Of a DNA stretch of 64,000 nucleotides, positions 55,471 through 64,000 are shown in pieces. The position numbers were made by a program, and so were the translations under genes. The notes beneath the pieces are model-generated. The model had not been told where the DNA came from, searched no databases, and saw only the letters and a list, made by a program, of their open reading frames with translations. Source of the stretch: Minisyncoccota bacterium. GTDB taxonomy: Bacteria; Patescibacteriota; Minisyncoccia; UBA6257; GWB1-50-10. Location of the stretch: positions 222,905 through 286,904 of the forward strand of contig JAYRXE010000037.1 of assembly GCA_041917695.1 (NCBI GenBank), in the 5' to 3' direction. Numbering within the stretch: position 1 is the first letter of the stretch; every line of letters starts with the position of its first letter.

Positions 55471-55836
55471 ATGATACAGGAACGTTCCATATTGAAGGTT
55501 GCCGATAACTCGGGTGCGAAATTCATCCGCTGTTTCCGCATTCTCGGCGGTACCCGCCGCCGGTACGCGCGCATCGGCGACATCATTGTTGCTTCCGTGC
55601 AGTCGTCCGAACCCCGCAAGGCGGTGAAGAAGAAGGACGTCGTCCGCGCGCTCGTCGTGCGGTCAAAGGCGCCGACCCGCCGCCGCGACGGTTCCTATGT
55701 CCGTTTTGACGACAATGCGGCGGTCATCATCGAAAAAGGCGAACCGAAGGGAACCCGCATCTTCGGGCCCATTCCCCGGGAAATCAAGGAAAAGGGCTAC
55801 GACACGATCGCGTCCCTTGCCCAGGAACTCGTATAA
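55471..55836 (+). CDS. rplN: 50S ribosomal protein uL14
   Basis: [21 protein letters not shown]. Confidence 0.97.
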   Translation: MIQERSILKVADNSGAKFIRCFRILGGTRRRYARIGDIIVASVQSSEPRKAVKKKDVVRALVVRSKAPTRRRDGSYVRFDDNAAVIIEKGEPKGTRIFGPIPREIKEKGYDTIASLAQELV

Positions 55837-55845
55837 TCCACACCT

Positions 55846-56154
55846 ATGAATCGCATCAAAAAAGGAGATACCGTGAAAATCACGACCGGCAAAGACCGCG
55901 GTAAGACTGGCAAGGTTTTGCGCGTCGATGTCGCCTCAAATCGCGCCGCCGTCGAAGGTTTGAATGTTTTCAAAAAGCACTCCCGTCCGCGCAAGCAGGG
56001 CGAGAAGGGGGAAGTCGTTTCCGTCGCCCGCCCGGTTGCGCTTTCGAATCTGCTGCCCGTATGCCCCTCGTGCGGCACCGGCCGCCGGGTTGGCGTAAAA
56101 GGGACGGGCGATGCGCGCTCGCGCGTCTGCAAGAAATGCGGGACTGAATTCTAA
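55846..56154 (+). CDS. rplX: 50S ribosomal protein uL24 (CxxC..CxxC form)
   Basis: IKKGD.V....GKDRGK.G.V, VEG.N..KKH; CPSC and CKKC. Confidence 0.96.
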   Translation: MNRIKKGDTVKITTGKDRGKTGKVLRVDVASNRAAVEGLNVFKKHSRPRKQGEKGEVVSVARPVALSNLLPVCPSCGTGRRVGVKGTGDARSRVCKKCGTEF

Positions 56155-56159
56155 CTACC

Positions 56160-56660
56160 ATGGAAAAAAAGGCTAAAAAATTGAATTATCGCGACGCCCT
56201 TGAGAAGATCGTCATTTCGGTCGGCGTAGGCAAGATGCGCAACGTCGCGCACTTCGACGACAAGATCCTTCCCGAAATCGTGAAGGAGCTTTCCCAGATT
56301 TCTGGCCAGAAAGCCGCCGTCCGGAAGGCGAAGAAGGCTATTTCGAATTTCAAAACCAGGGCGGGGGATATCGTGGGCCTGCAGATCACCTTGCGCGGCG
56401 CGCGGATGGAAGACTTCTTCGAACGCATGAACACGCTTGTGTTCCCGCGCGTGAAGGACTTCCGGGGCGTCGATCCCAAGAACGTGGACGGCCACGGGCA
56501 TCTGAACGTCGGCTTCAAGGAGCAGTACGTGTTTCCGGAAATCATCGTCGAACAGTCGAATGTATCGTTCGGCGTGCAGGTTACCTGCGTGACGAAACTC
56601 GGTTCCCGCGATGAAGCGATTGATTTTTATCGCGAGGCCGGCGTACCATTGAAAAAGTAA
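56160..56660 (+). CDS. rplE: 50S ribosomal protein uL5
   Basis: [30 protein letters not shown]. Confidence 0.96.
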   Translation: MEKKAKKLNYRDALEKIVISVGVGKMRNVAHFDDKILPEIVKELSQISGQKAAVRKAKKAISNFKTRAGDIVGLQITLRGARMEDFFERMNTLVFPRVKDFRGVDPKNVDGHGHLNVGFKEQYVFPEIIVEQSNVSFGVQVTCVTKLGSRDEAIDFYREAGVPLKK

Positions 56661-56662
56661 TT

Positions 56663-56848
56663 ATGGCAAAGAAATCGGTCATCGCGCGGGCCAAAAAAGC
56701 GCCAAAATTCTCAAGCCGGATTGTCCGCCGGTGTTTCCGGTGCGGCCGCAAGCGCGGGTATATGCGCGATTTCAACATGTGCCGCATCTGTTTCCGCGAA
56801 CTCGCGTCGAAAGGGCATATCCCCGGCATTCGGAAATCAAGCTGGTAA
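56663..56848 (+). CDS. rpsN: 30S ribosomal protein uS14 (zinc type)
   Basis: RCFRCGR...CRICFRE.A..G.IPG..KSSW. Confidence 0.97.
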   Translation: MAKKSVIARAKKAPKFSSRIVRRCFRCGRKRGYMRDFNMCRICFRELASKGHIPGIRKSSW

Positions 56849-56854
56849 AAACCT

Positions 56855-57226
56855 ATGTACATCGATCTCATTATAAAATTGAAGAACGCGGCGCGCGCCG
56901 ACAAGAAGACGCTCCGCACGCGGTATACGAACATGGACCACGCGGTTTCCGAGGTGCTTTTGCGCTACGGATTTTTGAAGAAAATCGAAGTGAAGGGCCG
57001 CGCGCCGAAGCGTACGCTTGAGCTCGCCCTTTCCGCGGAGCGCCCCATCGAGGACGTACGCTTCCTGTCGACGCCGTCGCTTCGCCGGTATGGCGGATAT
57101 AAGGATTTCCGCACGGTAAAGGGCGGGAACGGCATTCTTATCGTCTCGACGCCGAAAGGCATCAAATCCGGCATCGAGGCCAAACGCGAAAAGATCGGCG
57201 GCCAGCTCCTGGCTGAAATTTGGTAA
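56855..57226 (+). CDS. rpsH: 30S ribosomal protein uS8
   Basis: D......KNA, S.PS.R.Y, I.STPKG, GG.L...W. Confidence 0.94.
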   Translation: MYIDLIIKLKNAARADKKTLRTRYTNMDHAVSEVLLRYGFLKKIEVKGRAPKRTLELALSAERPIEDVRFLSTPSLRRYGGYKDFRTVKGGNGILIVSTPKGIKSGIEAKREKIGGQLLAEIW

Positions 57227-57236
57227 CCATTACACT

Positions 57237-57779
57237 ATGAGCAAGATTGGAAAAAAAATAATCACGATTCCCGACGGCATCTCCTTTTCGGAGGAAGGCC
57301 GCGAGCTGGTATTTAAGAACGCTTCCGGCGAAACGCGCGTTCCCATGTTGCACGGCGTGAAGCATGCGATTGACGGCAAGACGCTTACGTTCCAGCTCGA
57401 CGAGCATTCGAAGATCGGGCGGAGCAACTGGGGGACGATCGCGGCTTTGTGTTTGAACGCCATCGAAGGGCTTTCGAAAGGATTTTCCAAGAAGCTCATC
57501 CTTGAGGGCGTGGGCTACCGCGTCGCAAAAGACGGCGAAGGCCTTGCGTTGAACCTCGGTTTTTCGCATCCGGTTACCTATCCCGCGACCTCCGGCATTA
57601 CGTTCGAGGTAGAAAAAAATTCCATCCTTACCGTGAAGGGGACGAACAAGGCGCAGGTGGGGCAGGTAGCCGCCGAAATCCGCGCTATGAAGAAGCCCGA
57701 GCCGTACAAGGGAAAGGGATTCCGGTACGAGGGCGAAACCATCCGCCGCAAGGCCGGCAAGAAGGGCGGCACGGCATAA
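57237..57779 (+). CDS. rplF: 50S ribosomal protein uL6
   Basis: MSKIGK, GVGYR, LGFSHP, PEPYKGKG.RY. Confidence 0.97.
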   Translation: MSKIGKKIITIPDGISFSEEGRELVFKNASGETRVPMLHGVKHAIDGKTLTFQLDEHSKIGRSNWGTIAALCLNAIEGLSKGFSKKLILEGVGYRVAKDGEGLALNLGFSHPVTYPATSGITFEVEKNSILTVKGTNKAQVGQVAAEIRAMKKPEPYKGKGFRYEGETIRRKAGKKGGTA

Positions 57780-57795
57780 TCGTTAAAAGAATTCC

Positions 57796-58152
57796 ATGAA
57801 AAAGAGCAAAAAAATAGTAAAAGTTAAGGCGCGCCGCTCCCATCGGGTGCGCACCGCGCTTGGCAAAGGCACGTCCGAAAAGCCGCGGCTTTCCGTTTTC
57901 CGGAGCAACACCCACATCTATGCCCAGCTCATCGACGATGAGACGGGAAAGACGGTTGTTTCCGCCTCGTCCCACGATGTGAAAACCAAAGCGAAAAAGG
58001 CGGATGTTGCCAAAGAAGTCGGCAAACTTGCGGCTGAAAAGGCGAAGAAGGCGGGCATTTCGAGCGCCGTTTTCGATCGGGGCACGTACAAATACCATGG
58101 ACGGGTGAAATCGCTTGCCGAGGGCGCCCGCGAAGGAGGGTTGAAGTTTTAA
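57796..58152 (+). CDS. rplR: 50S ribosomal protein uL18
   Basis: [29 protein letters not shown]. Confidence 0.97.
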   Translation: MKKSKKIVKVKARRSHRVRTALGKGTSEKPRLSVFRSNTHIYAQLIDDETGKTVVSASSHDVKTKAKKADVAKEVGKLAAEKAKKAGISSAVFDRGTYKYHGRVKSLAEGAREGGLKF

Positions 58153-58177
58153 ACGAATTCACTGAGAATAAAACACT

Positions 58178-58675
58178 ATGCGCGAAGAACGGAGGCCGAG
58201 AGCCCAAAAGAAGTCTGAATACCTGGAACGCGTCCTTGAAGTGCGCCGCGTGACTCGCGTGGTCGCCGGAGGCAAGCGTTTCAGTTTCCGCGCGACGATT
58301 GTCGTCGGGAACGGCCGGGGGAAGGTCGGTGTCGGCATCGGCAAGGGCCTTGATGTGGCCTCCGCCGTGAACAAGGCGAAGCGCCAGGCCGAAAAGGATT
58401 TTATTGAGGTCCGCTTGAAGGACCGCCGCACGATTGCCCACGACGTCGAGGCGAAGTATTCCGCCGCCCGCGTCCGCTTGAAGCCCGCCCGGGAGGGCAA
58501 CGGCCTCATCGCCGGCGGTTCGCTCCGCGCCGTTTTGGAGCTCGCGGGCGTGAAGGATATTTCCGCCAAAATTCTCGGCCGGACGACGAATAAGCTGACG
58601 AATGCGATGGCGACGGTCGAAGCATTGAAAAAACTTCGCGCGACGAAGGAGGAAAAGGCGCCGATCGCGGCATAA
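58178..58675 (+). CDS. rpsE: 30S ribosomal protein uS5
   Basis: RVT.VVAGG.RFSF, VG.G.GK, G.G.IAGG..R.VLELAG. Confidence 0.97.
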   Translation: MREERRPRAQKKSEYLERVLEVRRVTRVVAGGKRFSFRATIVVGNGRGKVGVGIGKGLDVASAVNKAKRQAEKDFIEVRLKDRRTIAHDVEAKYSAARVRLKPAREGNGLIAGGSLRAVLELAGVKDISAKILGRTTNKLTNAMATVEALKKLRATKEEKAPIAA

Positions 58676-58688
58676 ATAACGAGAATCT

Positions 58689-59111
58689 ATGCAGACACAC
58701 ACTTTTAAACCGAATACGGAAAGCCGATTGAAGAAGCGCGTTGGCCGCGGCGGCAAGCGCGGTACGACGTCGGGGAAGGGCCAAAAGGGCCAGAGCGCCC
58801 GCGCGGGCCGCAAAAAGCGCCCGGCGGAACGCGACATCCTTTCGAAATTCCCGAAGTTGCGCGGTATCGGCAATGCGGCGAACCGCCGTGAAGAGACGTT
58901 TGAAATTTATTTGAACGATATCGCGGGCTATGCCGAAAACGGCGTGCTTTCGAGAAAGACGTTGGTGAAGAAAGGGCTTATCCGCCGGACGAACGCGCCG
59001 GTGAAGATCGTCCTTCGCGGGGAGGTGAAATCCGCCTATACCATCGAGGGCATTCCCGCATCCGCTGCGGCAAAGAAGAAAATCGAAGAAAAGGGAGGGA
59101 CCGTTTCCTAA
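58689..59111 (+). CDS. rplO: 50S ribosomal protein uL15
   Basis: KRVGRGGKRG.TSG.GQKGQ.AR, PK.RG, A..KIE..GG. Confidence 0.95.
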   Translation: MQTHTFKPNTESRLKKRVGRGGKRGTTSGKGQKGQSARAGRKKRPAERDILSKFPKLRGIGNAANRREETFEIYLNDIAGYAENGVLSRKTLVKKGLIRRTNAPVKIVLRGEVKSAYTIEGIPASAAAKKKIEEKGGTVS

Positions 59112-59115
59112 CCCC

Positions 59116-60387
59116 ATGGGTAAATTTCTGAATATCTTCAAAGTTTCCGACCTTCGCAAGAAGGTGTTTATCATTCTCGGGATACTCGGCATCACGCGGC
59201 TTTTGGCCGCCATTCCCGTGCCCGGCATTGATACGAGCCGCCTGCAGGAACTTTTTTCCTCGAACCAGCTCTTCGGCTTTTTGAACCTTTTCTCGGGCGG
59301 CGGCCTCAGCAATTTCTCGCTTGTCATGCTTGGCGTGGGCCCGTATATCACTGCCTCCATCATCATGCAGCTTTTGACCATTATCTTTCCGGCCCTTAAG
59401 AAGGCATATTACGAAGAAGGCCCGGCCGGGCGCGCGAAGTTCAACCGCATCTCCCGCTATCTCACGGTGCCTCTCGCGGTCGTCCAGGCGTACAGCTTCA
59501 TCAATCTGCTCGTTTCGCAGGGCATCCTCCGTCCGTTGGCCCCCTTCGAGCTTGTCACTGATATCGTCATTATCACCGCCGGCAGCGTCCTTCTGATGTG
59601 GCTTGGCGAGCTCATCACGGAGTATAAGATCGGCAATGGTGTTTCGCTCATCATCTTTGCGGGTATCGTCGCAAAATTGCCCCAGTTTATCACCCAGTCC
59701 ATTGCGAGCTACACGCCCGCGATGCTCCCGATTTATGCGGCCTTTATCATCCTTGCCGTCGTCGTTATCGCCGGCGTCGTTTTCATCAGCGAAGGGGAGC
59801 GCAAAATTCCGGTGACGTATGCGAAGCAGGTGCGCGGTAACAAGCTCTACGGCGGCGCCTCGTCCTATTTGCCCCTCAAGGTGAACCAGGCTGGTGTGAT
59901 TCCCATCATCTTTGCCGTGTCCGTGGTGCTTTTTCCGCAATTCATCGCGCAGGGCGTCGCGCTTTTCTCGCCCGAGCTTTCCATTACGCTTACGGGATAC
60001 GTGAACAGCTTTTTCAACAATATCCTGCTCTATAGCGCCGTGTATTTTCTCTTGGTCGTCATGTTCACGTACCTCTACACGTCGATTACCTTCGATCCTG
60101 CGGAAATCGCGAAGAACCTCCAGCGGGCGGGGGGATTCATCCCCGGCATCCGTCCCGGTTCCGCAACGTCCGACTACATCCATTCGGCGGTCGGGCGCAC
60201 CACGCTCTTCGGCGCGCTGTTCCTCGGCGTGATTGCCATCTTGCCGCATCTTACGCAGGTCTTTACCGGCGTGAAGGCGCTTGCCTTGGGCGGCACCGGA
60301 CTCCTTATCGTCGTATCTGTCGCATTGGAAACGATGAAGCAATTGGAAAGCCAGCTTACGATGCGGGAGTACGAAGGAATATTCTAA
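59116..60387 (+). CDS. secY: Preprotein translocase SecY
   Basis: LG.GPYITASII.QLL, WLGE.IT...GNG.SLII, KVNQAGVIP, IPGIRPG, GGT.LLI.V. Confidence 0.97.
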   Translation: MGKFLNIFKVSDLRKKVFIILGILGITRLLAAIPVPGIDTSRLQELFSSNQLFGFLNLFSGGGLSNFSLVMLGVGPYITASIIMQLLTIIFPALKKAYYEEGPAGRAKFNRISRYLTVPLAVVQAYSFINLLVSQGILRPLAPFELVTDIVIITAGSVLLMWLGELITEYKIGNGVSLIIFAGIVAKLPQFITQSIASYTPAMLPIYAAFIILAVVVIAGVVFISEGERKIPVTYAKQVRGNKLYGGASSYLPLKVNQAGVIPIIFAVSVVLFPQFIAQGVALFSPELSITLTGYVNSFFNNILLYSAVYFLLVVMFTYLYTSITFDPAEIAKNLQRAGGFIPGIRPGSATSDYIHSAVGRTTLFGALFLGVIAILPHLTQVFTGVKALALGGTGLLIVVSVALETMKQLESQLTMREYEGIF

Positions 60388-60406
60388 ACGCTAAGCAGAG
60401 CGACTT

Positions 60407-60432
60407 AAAAAACCGCATTCGCGGTTTTTTAT
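60407..60432 (+). terminator. Terminator after secY
   Basis: AAAAACCGC-ATTC-GCGGTTTTTT. Confidence 0.7.
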
Positions 60433-60460
60433 TTTGGCGGAATCGGGGTAGAATCAAGCC

Positions 60461-61138
60461 ATGAAGAAAGCGGTCATCATTTACGGTTCTCCGGGCTCCG
60501 GAAAAAGCACGCAGGCCGAGCTTGTGGCGCGTATGGGGCACCATACGCATTTTGACACCGGCCGGGCTATCCGGAACCTTCTTGAGAGTCCTGAGGCGAA
60601 AAAGGACCCGATTTTGAAGCGGGAGCGTGCTTTAAACAACAGCGGACGGCTTTGCACGCCGTCGTGGGTATTAAAAACCGTGAAGCATGCCGCCTCAGCC
60701 ATCGCTTCGTCCGGCAACGGCGTCGTTTTTAGCGGTTCCCCGCGGACGATGTACGAGGCATTCGGCGATACGCGTACGCAGGGGCTTTTCGAATTTCTCT
60801 CGAAATTGTTCGGCAAGAAGAATATCATCGTTATCCAGCTTGACGTCCACGAGCACGTTTCGAAGAAACGGAATGCCGCGCGATTCACCTGCAGTTTGTG
60901 CGCATTGCCGCGTCTGGCTCATGCGCAGAACCGCCTGTGCTCTTTTTGCGATGCGCCGTTCAAGCGCCGGGATGACGATGCGCCCGAAGTGACGCATGCC
61001 CGTTTCGAGGAATATTACACGCGCACTCTTCCCATTGTTTCTGCGGCGAAGCGGGCGGGATATACGATAAAAAAAATTAACGGCGAAAAGCTTCCGTTCG
61101 CCGTATTCAAGTCCGTTCGGAAGGCCGCCGGCATTTAG
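60461..61138 (+). CDS. adk: Adenylate kinase-family NMP kinase (divergent, Cys4 LID)
   Basis: GSPGSGKSTQA, G.PRT, CSLC..CSFC, R.DD, Y...T.P; canonical position after secY. Confidence 0.85.
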   Translation: MKKAVIIYGSPGSGKSTQAELVARMGHHTHFDTGRAIRNLLESPEAKKDPILKRERALNNSGRLCTPSWVLKTVKHAASAIASSGNGVVFSGSPRTMYEAFGDTRTQGLFEFLSKLFGKKNIIVIQLDVHEHVSKKRNAARFTCSLCALPRLAHAQNRLCSFCDAPFKRRDDDAPEVTHARFEEYYTRTLPIVSAAKRAGYTIKKINGEKLPFAVFKSVRKAAGI

Positions 61139-61897
61139 ATGATCACCTATAAGTCAAAGGAAGACCTTGAGCTTCTCCGCGTCTCCGGCGCGATTCTTTC
61201 GAGTGTTTTGAAAACTTTGCGGAGTGAAGCGCGCGAAGGCGTGCGGCTTTCGTATCTCGACAAGACGGCAGGAGCGCTTTTGAAATCAAAAGGGGCGAAA
61301 TCGGCATTTTTGGGGTATCGCCCTGAGGGAGCCGCGAAAGCCTTTCCCGCGCATATCTGCACATCGATAAACGACGAAGTGGTGCACGGCCTCCCGCGCG
61401 ATTATGCCTTGAAAACGGGGGACGTCTTGAAGATCGACCTCGGCGTGGATTACGAGGGGATGATTACTGATTCCGCGACTACCGTCGCAATCGGTCCGGT
61501 TTCGAAGAAAATAGAGAATTTGATTACTGCTACCGAAGCCGCACTCTACGATGCGATAGCCGTGGCAAAACCGGGGAAGCATCTCGGCGATATCGGCTAC
61601 GCGGTCGAAAAGCGGGTAATGCGCGGGAAATTCAAAATTATTGACGGGCTTACCGGCCATGGCACGGGCTTCAAGCTTCACGAGGACCCGACGGTATGGA
61701 ACTTCGGCCGGAAAGGGGAGGGCTTGGCGCTTCGCGAGGGGCTGGTGCTCGCCATCGAGCCGATGGCCTCCATCGGCACGGAAAAGACCATCGAGACCGC
61801 CGACGGCATCTTTAAGACGGTGGACGGTTCCACGGCTGCCCACTTCGAGCACACGATATTCATTACGAAGACCGGGTGCGAGATACTCACGAAATAG
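61139..61897 (+). CDS. map: Methionine aminopeptidase type I
   Basis: SINDEVVHG, D.G......DSA, GHG.G..LHEDP, AIEPM, AHFEHT. Confidence 0.96.
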   Translation: MITYKSKEDLELLRVSGAILSSVLKTLRSEAREGVRLSYLDKTAGALLKSKGAKSAFLGYRPEGAAKAFPAHICTSINDEVVHGLPRDYALKTGDVLKIDLGVDYEGMITDSATTVAIGPVSKKIENLITATEAALYDAIAVAKPGKHLGDIGYAVEKRVMRGKFKIIDGLTGHGTGFKLHEDPTVWNFGRKGEGLALREGLVLAIEPMASIGTEKTIETADGIFKTVDGSTAAHFEHTIFITKTGCEILTK

Positions 61898-61903
61898 GAA
61901 ATA

Positions 61904-61932
61904 TTGACAAATACGCTTTTTTAGGTTACTAT
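61904..61932 (+). promoter_or_regulatory. Sigma70 promoter
   Basis: TTGACA-17 nt-TACTAT. Confidence 0.7.
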
Positions 61933-61970
61933 TTTTTCAGCGTTTGAATTAAAAACCAAAGGAGGAAGGT

Positions 61971-62417
61971 TTGCTCTTCAAAGAAATTTCGCCTGACGAA
62001 GCAGTCCAGGCGTTTGAGCGGTATATGTCTGCATCTGAAACGAGGTGTATACAGAAAATTTTTGGAAAGCATTTTGCCCTCTTCGTCCATGAACGGGACT
62101 TGAGGCTCAGCTTTTCAGCGGCATTTTACCTTTACGACGATATCGTATGCGTAACGTGCCTTACCGGCGAAATGCCGAGTTATAAAGCCCTTAACGAGAT
62201 GCAGATTGGATACTTCGTTTTCGATTCTGAAAGCGGAGAATTGAGCTTGCGTATGGGGTGGTGTTTCGAAGAAAAGATGCTGGTTCTGAATATTCCGACC
62301 TCCTTATATGATTTACATTGGCTTACGGGCCATTTGGGAGGGGGAGTGGAGGTTTTTTCGCTTCTTCCACGCTCCATGCGAAGAGGAGATATGGAATACC
62401 AGGAGAACAGATGTTAA
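61971..62417 (+). CDS. Hypothetical protein
   Basis: SD AAAGGAGG then TTG; own promoter and downstream hairpin. Confidence 0.62.
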   Translation: MLFKEISPDEAVQAFERYMSASETRCIQKIFGKHFALFVHERDLRLSFSAAFYLYDDIVCVTCLTGEMPSYKALNEMQIGYFVFDSESGELSLRMGWCFEEKMLVLNIPTSLYDLHWLTGHLGGGVEVFSLLPRSMRRGDMEYQENRC

Positions 62418-62538
62418 GGCCGGATTTTATCCGGTCTTTTATTTTGCGTGCGCGAAGCACTTGCGCAATATATTATTTTGTGCTATAATAATACCAGTAA
62501 GTTAAATAAACCATAAGGGAGAAAAATGGTGGGCAAAA

Positions 62539-62838
62539 ATGACGCCATTTGAAATCAATTTTTATTCATTGCTTTCAAGGAGGGCGACCCTCCTGGGAAA
62601 ACTGGTGAGATATGCTGATTTTTCAGCCGGCAAAATCACCAAAAACGAGAATGATATTTTGGTACGGCAATACGTCTATCTTTACGATTACTTGCGGGTA
62701 GGCAATGCGCAATTCTACTTTTACCTCCGGCAATTTCACCATATTCCTGAAGAGCTCCATGTGGGTTTGAGAAACGGCCATGAAATCGTGACTCTTCATC
62801 CGGCCTTGGCGGAGGTCCGTGCATCTTTTGATAACTGA
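62539..62838 (+). CDS. Hypothetical protein
   Basis: Downstream of TTGCGC-17 nt-TATAAT (62461-62489); 99 aa; start uncertain. Confidence 0.55.
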   Translation: MTPFEINFYSLLSRRATLLGKLVRYADFSAGKITKNENDILVRQYVYLYDYLRVGNAQFYFYLRQFHHIPEELHVGLRNGHEIVTLHPALAEVRASFDN

Positions 62839-62841
62839 TTT

Positions 62842-62872
62842 AAAAAGCCCCGAATGGGGCTTTTATTTTTTC
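62842..62872. terminator. Bidirectional terminator
   Basis: AAAAGCCCC-GAAT-GGGGCTTTT between convergent genes. Confidence 0.75.
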
Positions 62873-64000
62873 TCCTTCTTATGCGGATTATGGTTTGGGC
62901 AGGATTTGTTCGAGCACCGCTCGGGTATCGTTTTCGTGCCTTCCATCATGAGCGCTCCGCATTCGGAACAGGTTTTTCCGGTCGGTTTCGATTTCATGAT
63001 GAACTTGCAGGCGGGATAATTCGAACAGCTGTAGAAAAAGCCGAAACGTCCTTTCCGCTCGACGATTTCGCCTGTCTTACATTCGGGGCAGGCAACCCCG
63101 GTTTTCCGCTTCGCCTCCTCTTCGGGGCTTTCCTTGATGTATTTGCACTTCGGGTAACGGTCGCAGGAGATGAACTTGCCGAACCGTCCCTCGCGTTCGA
63201 TGAGTTTCCCTTTTTCGCACTTCGGGCACATTTCGCCGGTCTCCTTCGGCGGCTCCATTTCGGAACCGTCGAATTTCCGCGCTCCCTGGCAGTCGGGAAA
63301 CCGCTTACAACTCAGGAATTTGCCGGTCCGCCCGAGTTTTACGATCATATCGGCTCCGCACACCGGGCATTTGAACTCCGCCGGCGCATCGCCGAGGTTC
63401 GTCGCTTTGTCGAGTTTTTCCTTTGATTTCACGTCCTTTTGAAACGGCTTGTAGAAATCCGAAAGGCTCTTCAGATAATCGCGCTTGCCGTCCGCTATCT
63501 CGTCGAGCTCGTCCTCCATTTCGGCGGTAAAGGTGTCGGAGATATAGGAAGGGAAATGTTCCTCGAGGAAATTGTTCACGACTTCGCCGGTGTCGGTGGG
63601 TACCAAGGCGCGCTGGATCTTTTCCACGTATCCGCGGTCGACGAGCGTCTTGATGATGGACGCGTAGGTCGAGGGGCGGCCGATGCCGCGCTTTTCAAGC
63701 TCTTTGATCAATCCCGCTTCCGAATACCGGCCCGGCGGCTGGGTTTCCTTCGCTTCTTCACTGATGTCGGCGAGGGTAATCGAATCTCCCGGTTTTACAT
63801 CCGGCAGGATGACCGCCTCGTTCTTGGCGAAAGAATCCGCGGTGAGCCATCCTTCAAAAACGAGAATATTGCCGTTTGCGGAAAAGTCCGGGATTGTTTC
63901 GCCGGAAATGTTCGCGCTCACCTTCGTGCGGAGGATTTTTGCGTCGGACATCTGGCTTGCGACGGTCCGCTCCCAAATCAATTTATAGAGCCGTTTTTGC
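62863..64000 (-). CDS. topA: DNA topoisomerase I, 3' portion (5' end outside window)
   Basis: LYKLIWERTVASQM, TQPP.RYSEA.LIK.LE..GIGRPSTYA, FTAEME..LD.IA; C-terminal C4 zinc-ribbon repeats (G.FGKF..C..YP.C). Confidence 0.96.
   Translation of the reverse strand, partial: QKRLYKLIWERTVASQMSDAKILRTKVSANISGETIPDFSANGNILVFEGWLTADSFAKNEAVILPDVKPGDSITLADISEEAKETQPPGRYSEAGLIKELEKRGIGRPSTYASIIKTLVDRGYVEKIQRALVPTDTGEVVNNFLEEHFPSYISDTFTAEMEDELDEIADGKRDYLKSLSDFYKPFQKDVKSKEKLDKATNLGDAPAEFKCPVCGADMIVKLGRTGKFLSCKRFPDCQGARKFDGSEMEPPKETGEMCPKCEKGKLIEREGRFGKFISCDRYPKCKYIKESPEEEAKRKTGVACPECKTGEIVERKGRFGFFYSCSNYPACKFIMKSKPTGKTCSECGALMMEGTKTIPERCSNKSCPNHNPHKKEKK

Noticed and set aside
48929-60342. Long antisense ORFs over tuf, ribosomal genes and secY (e.g. 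48929..50413, 58978..60342)
   Set aside because: Expected antisense open frames of GC3-rich, highly biased genes; no protein motifs.
61898-62862. Loss of infA-rpmJ-rpsM after map
   Set aside because: Only a local synteny break; these genes may lie elsewhere in the genome, which cannot be judged from this window.

Overview
64 kb of a small-genome bacterium, most likely Patescibacteria/CPR (Parcubacteria-like). Support: no uL30 gene between rpsE and rplO, TGA used as stop (code 11), a fermentative gene set (ppsA, eno, D-LDH, rpiB/rpe, split transketolase), and few Shine-Dalgarno sites. Contents in order: polysaccharide export and priming genes; a thiol-redox cluster; a surface-fibre locus (two large secreted tail-fibre-like repeat proteins, an ABC exporter, two copper-ligand-free cupredoxin folds); recR-dnaB-cysS; a DsbB cluster; central metabolism; glycosyltransferases; a type II glutamine synthetase; lepA; tuf with the S10-spc ribosomal protein operon (uL3 internally deleted), secY-adk-map; and the 3' part of topA. 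The most striking element is a self-contained minus-strand transcription unit at about 44504-44943 (promoter, three tandem tRNA-shaped RNAs, terminator). Each RNA has an intact acceptor stem and T arm but carries an extra hairpin inserted in the D-loop (two cases) or the anticodon loop (one case). Two further promoter-led, structured non-coding stretches (about 26790-27080 and 31560-31780) are unassigned. All calls were made by eye from motifs and base pairing; no database searches or folding programs were run.
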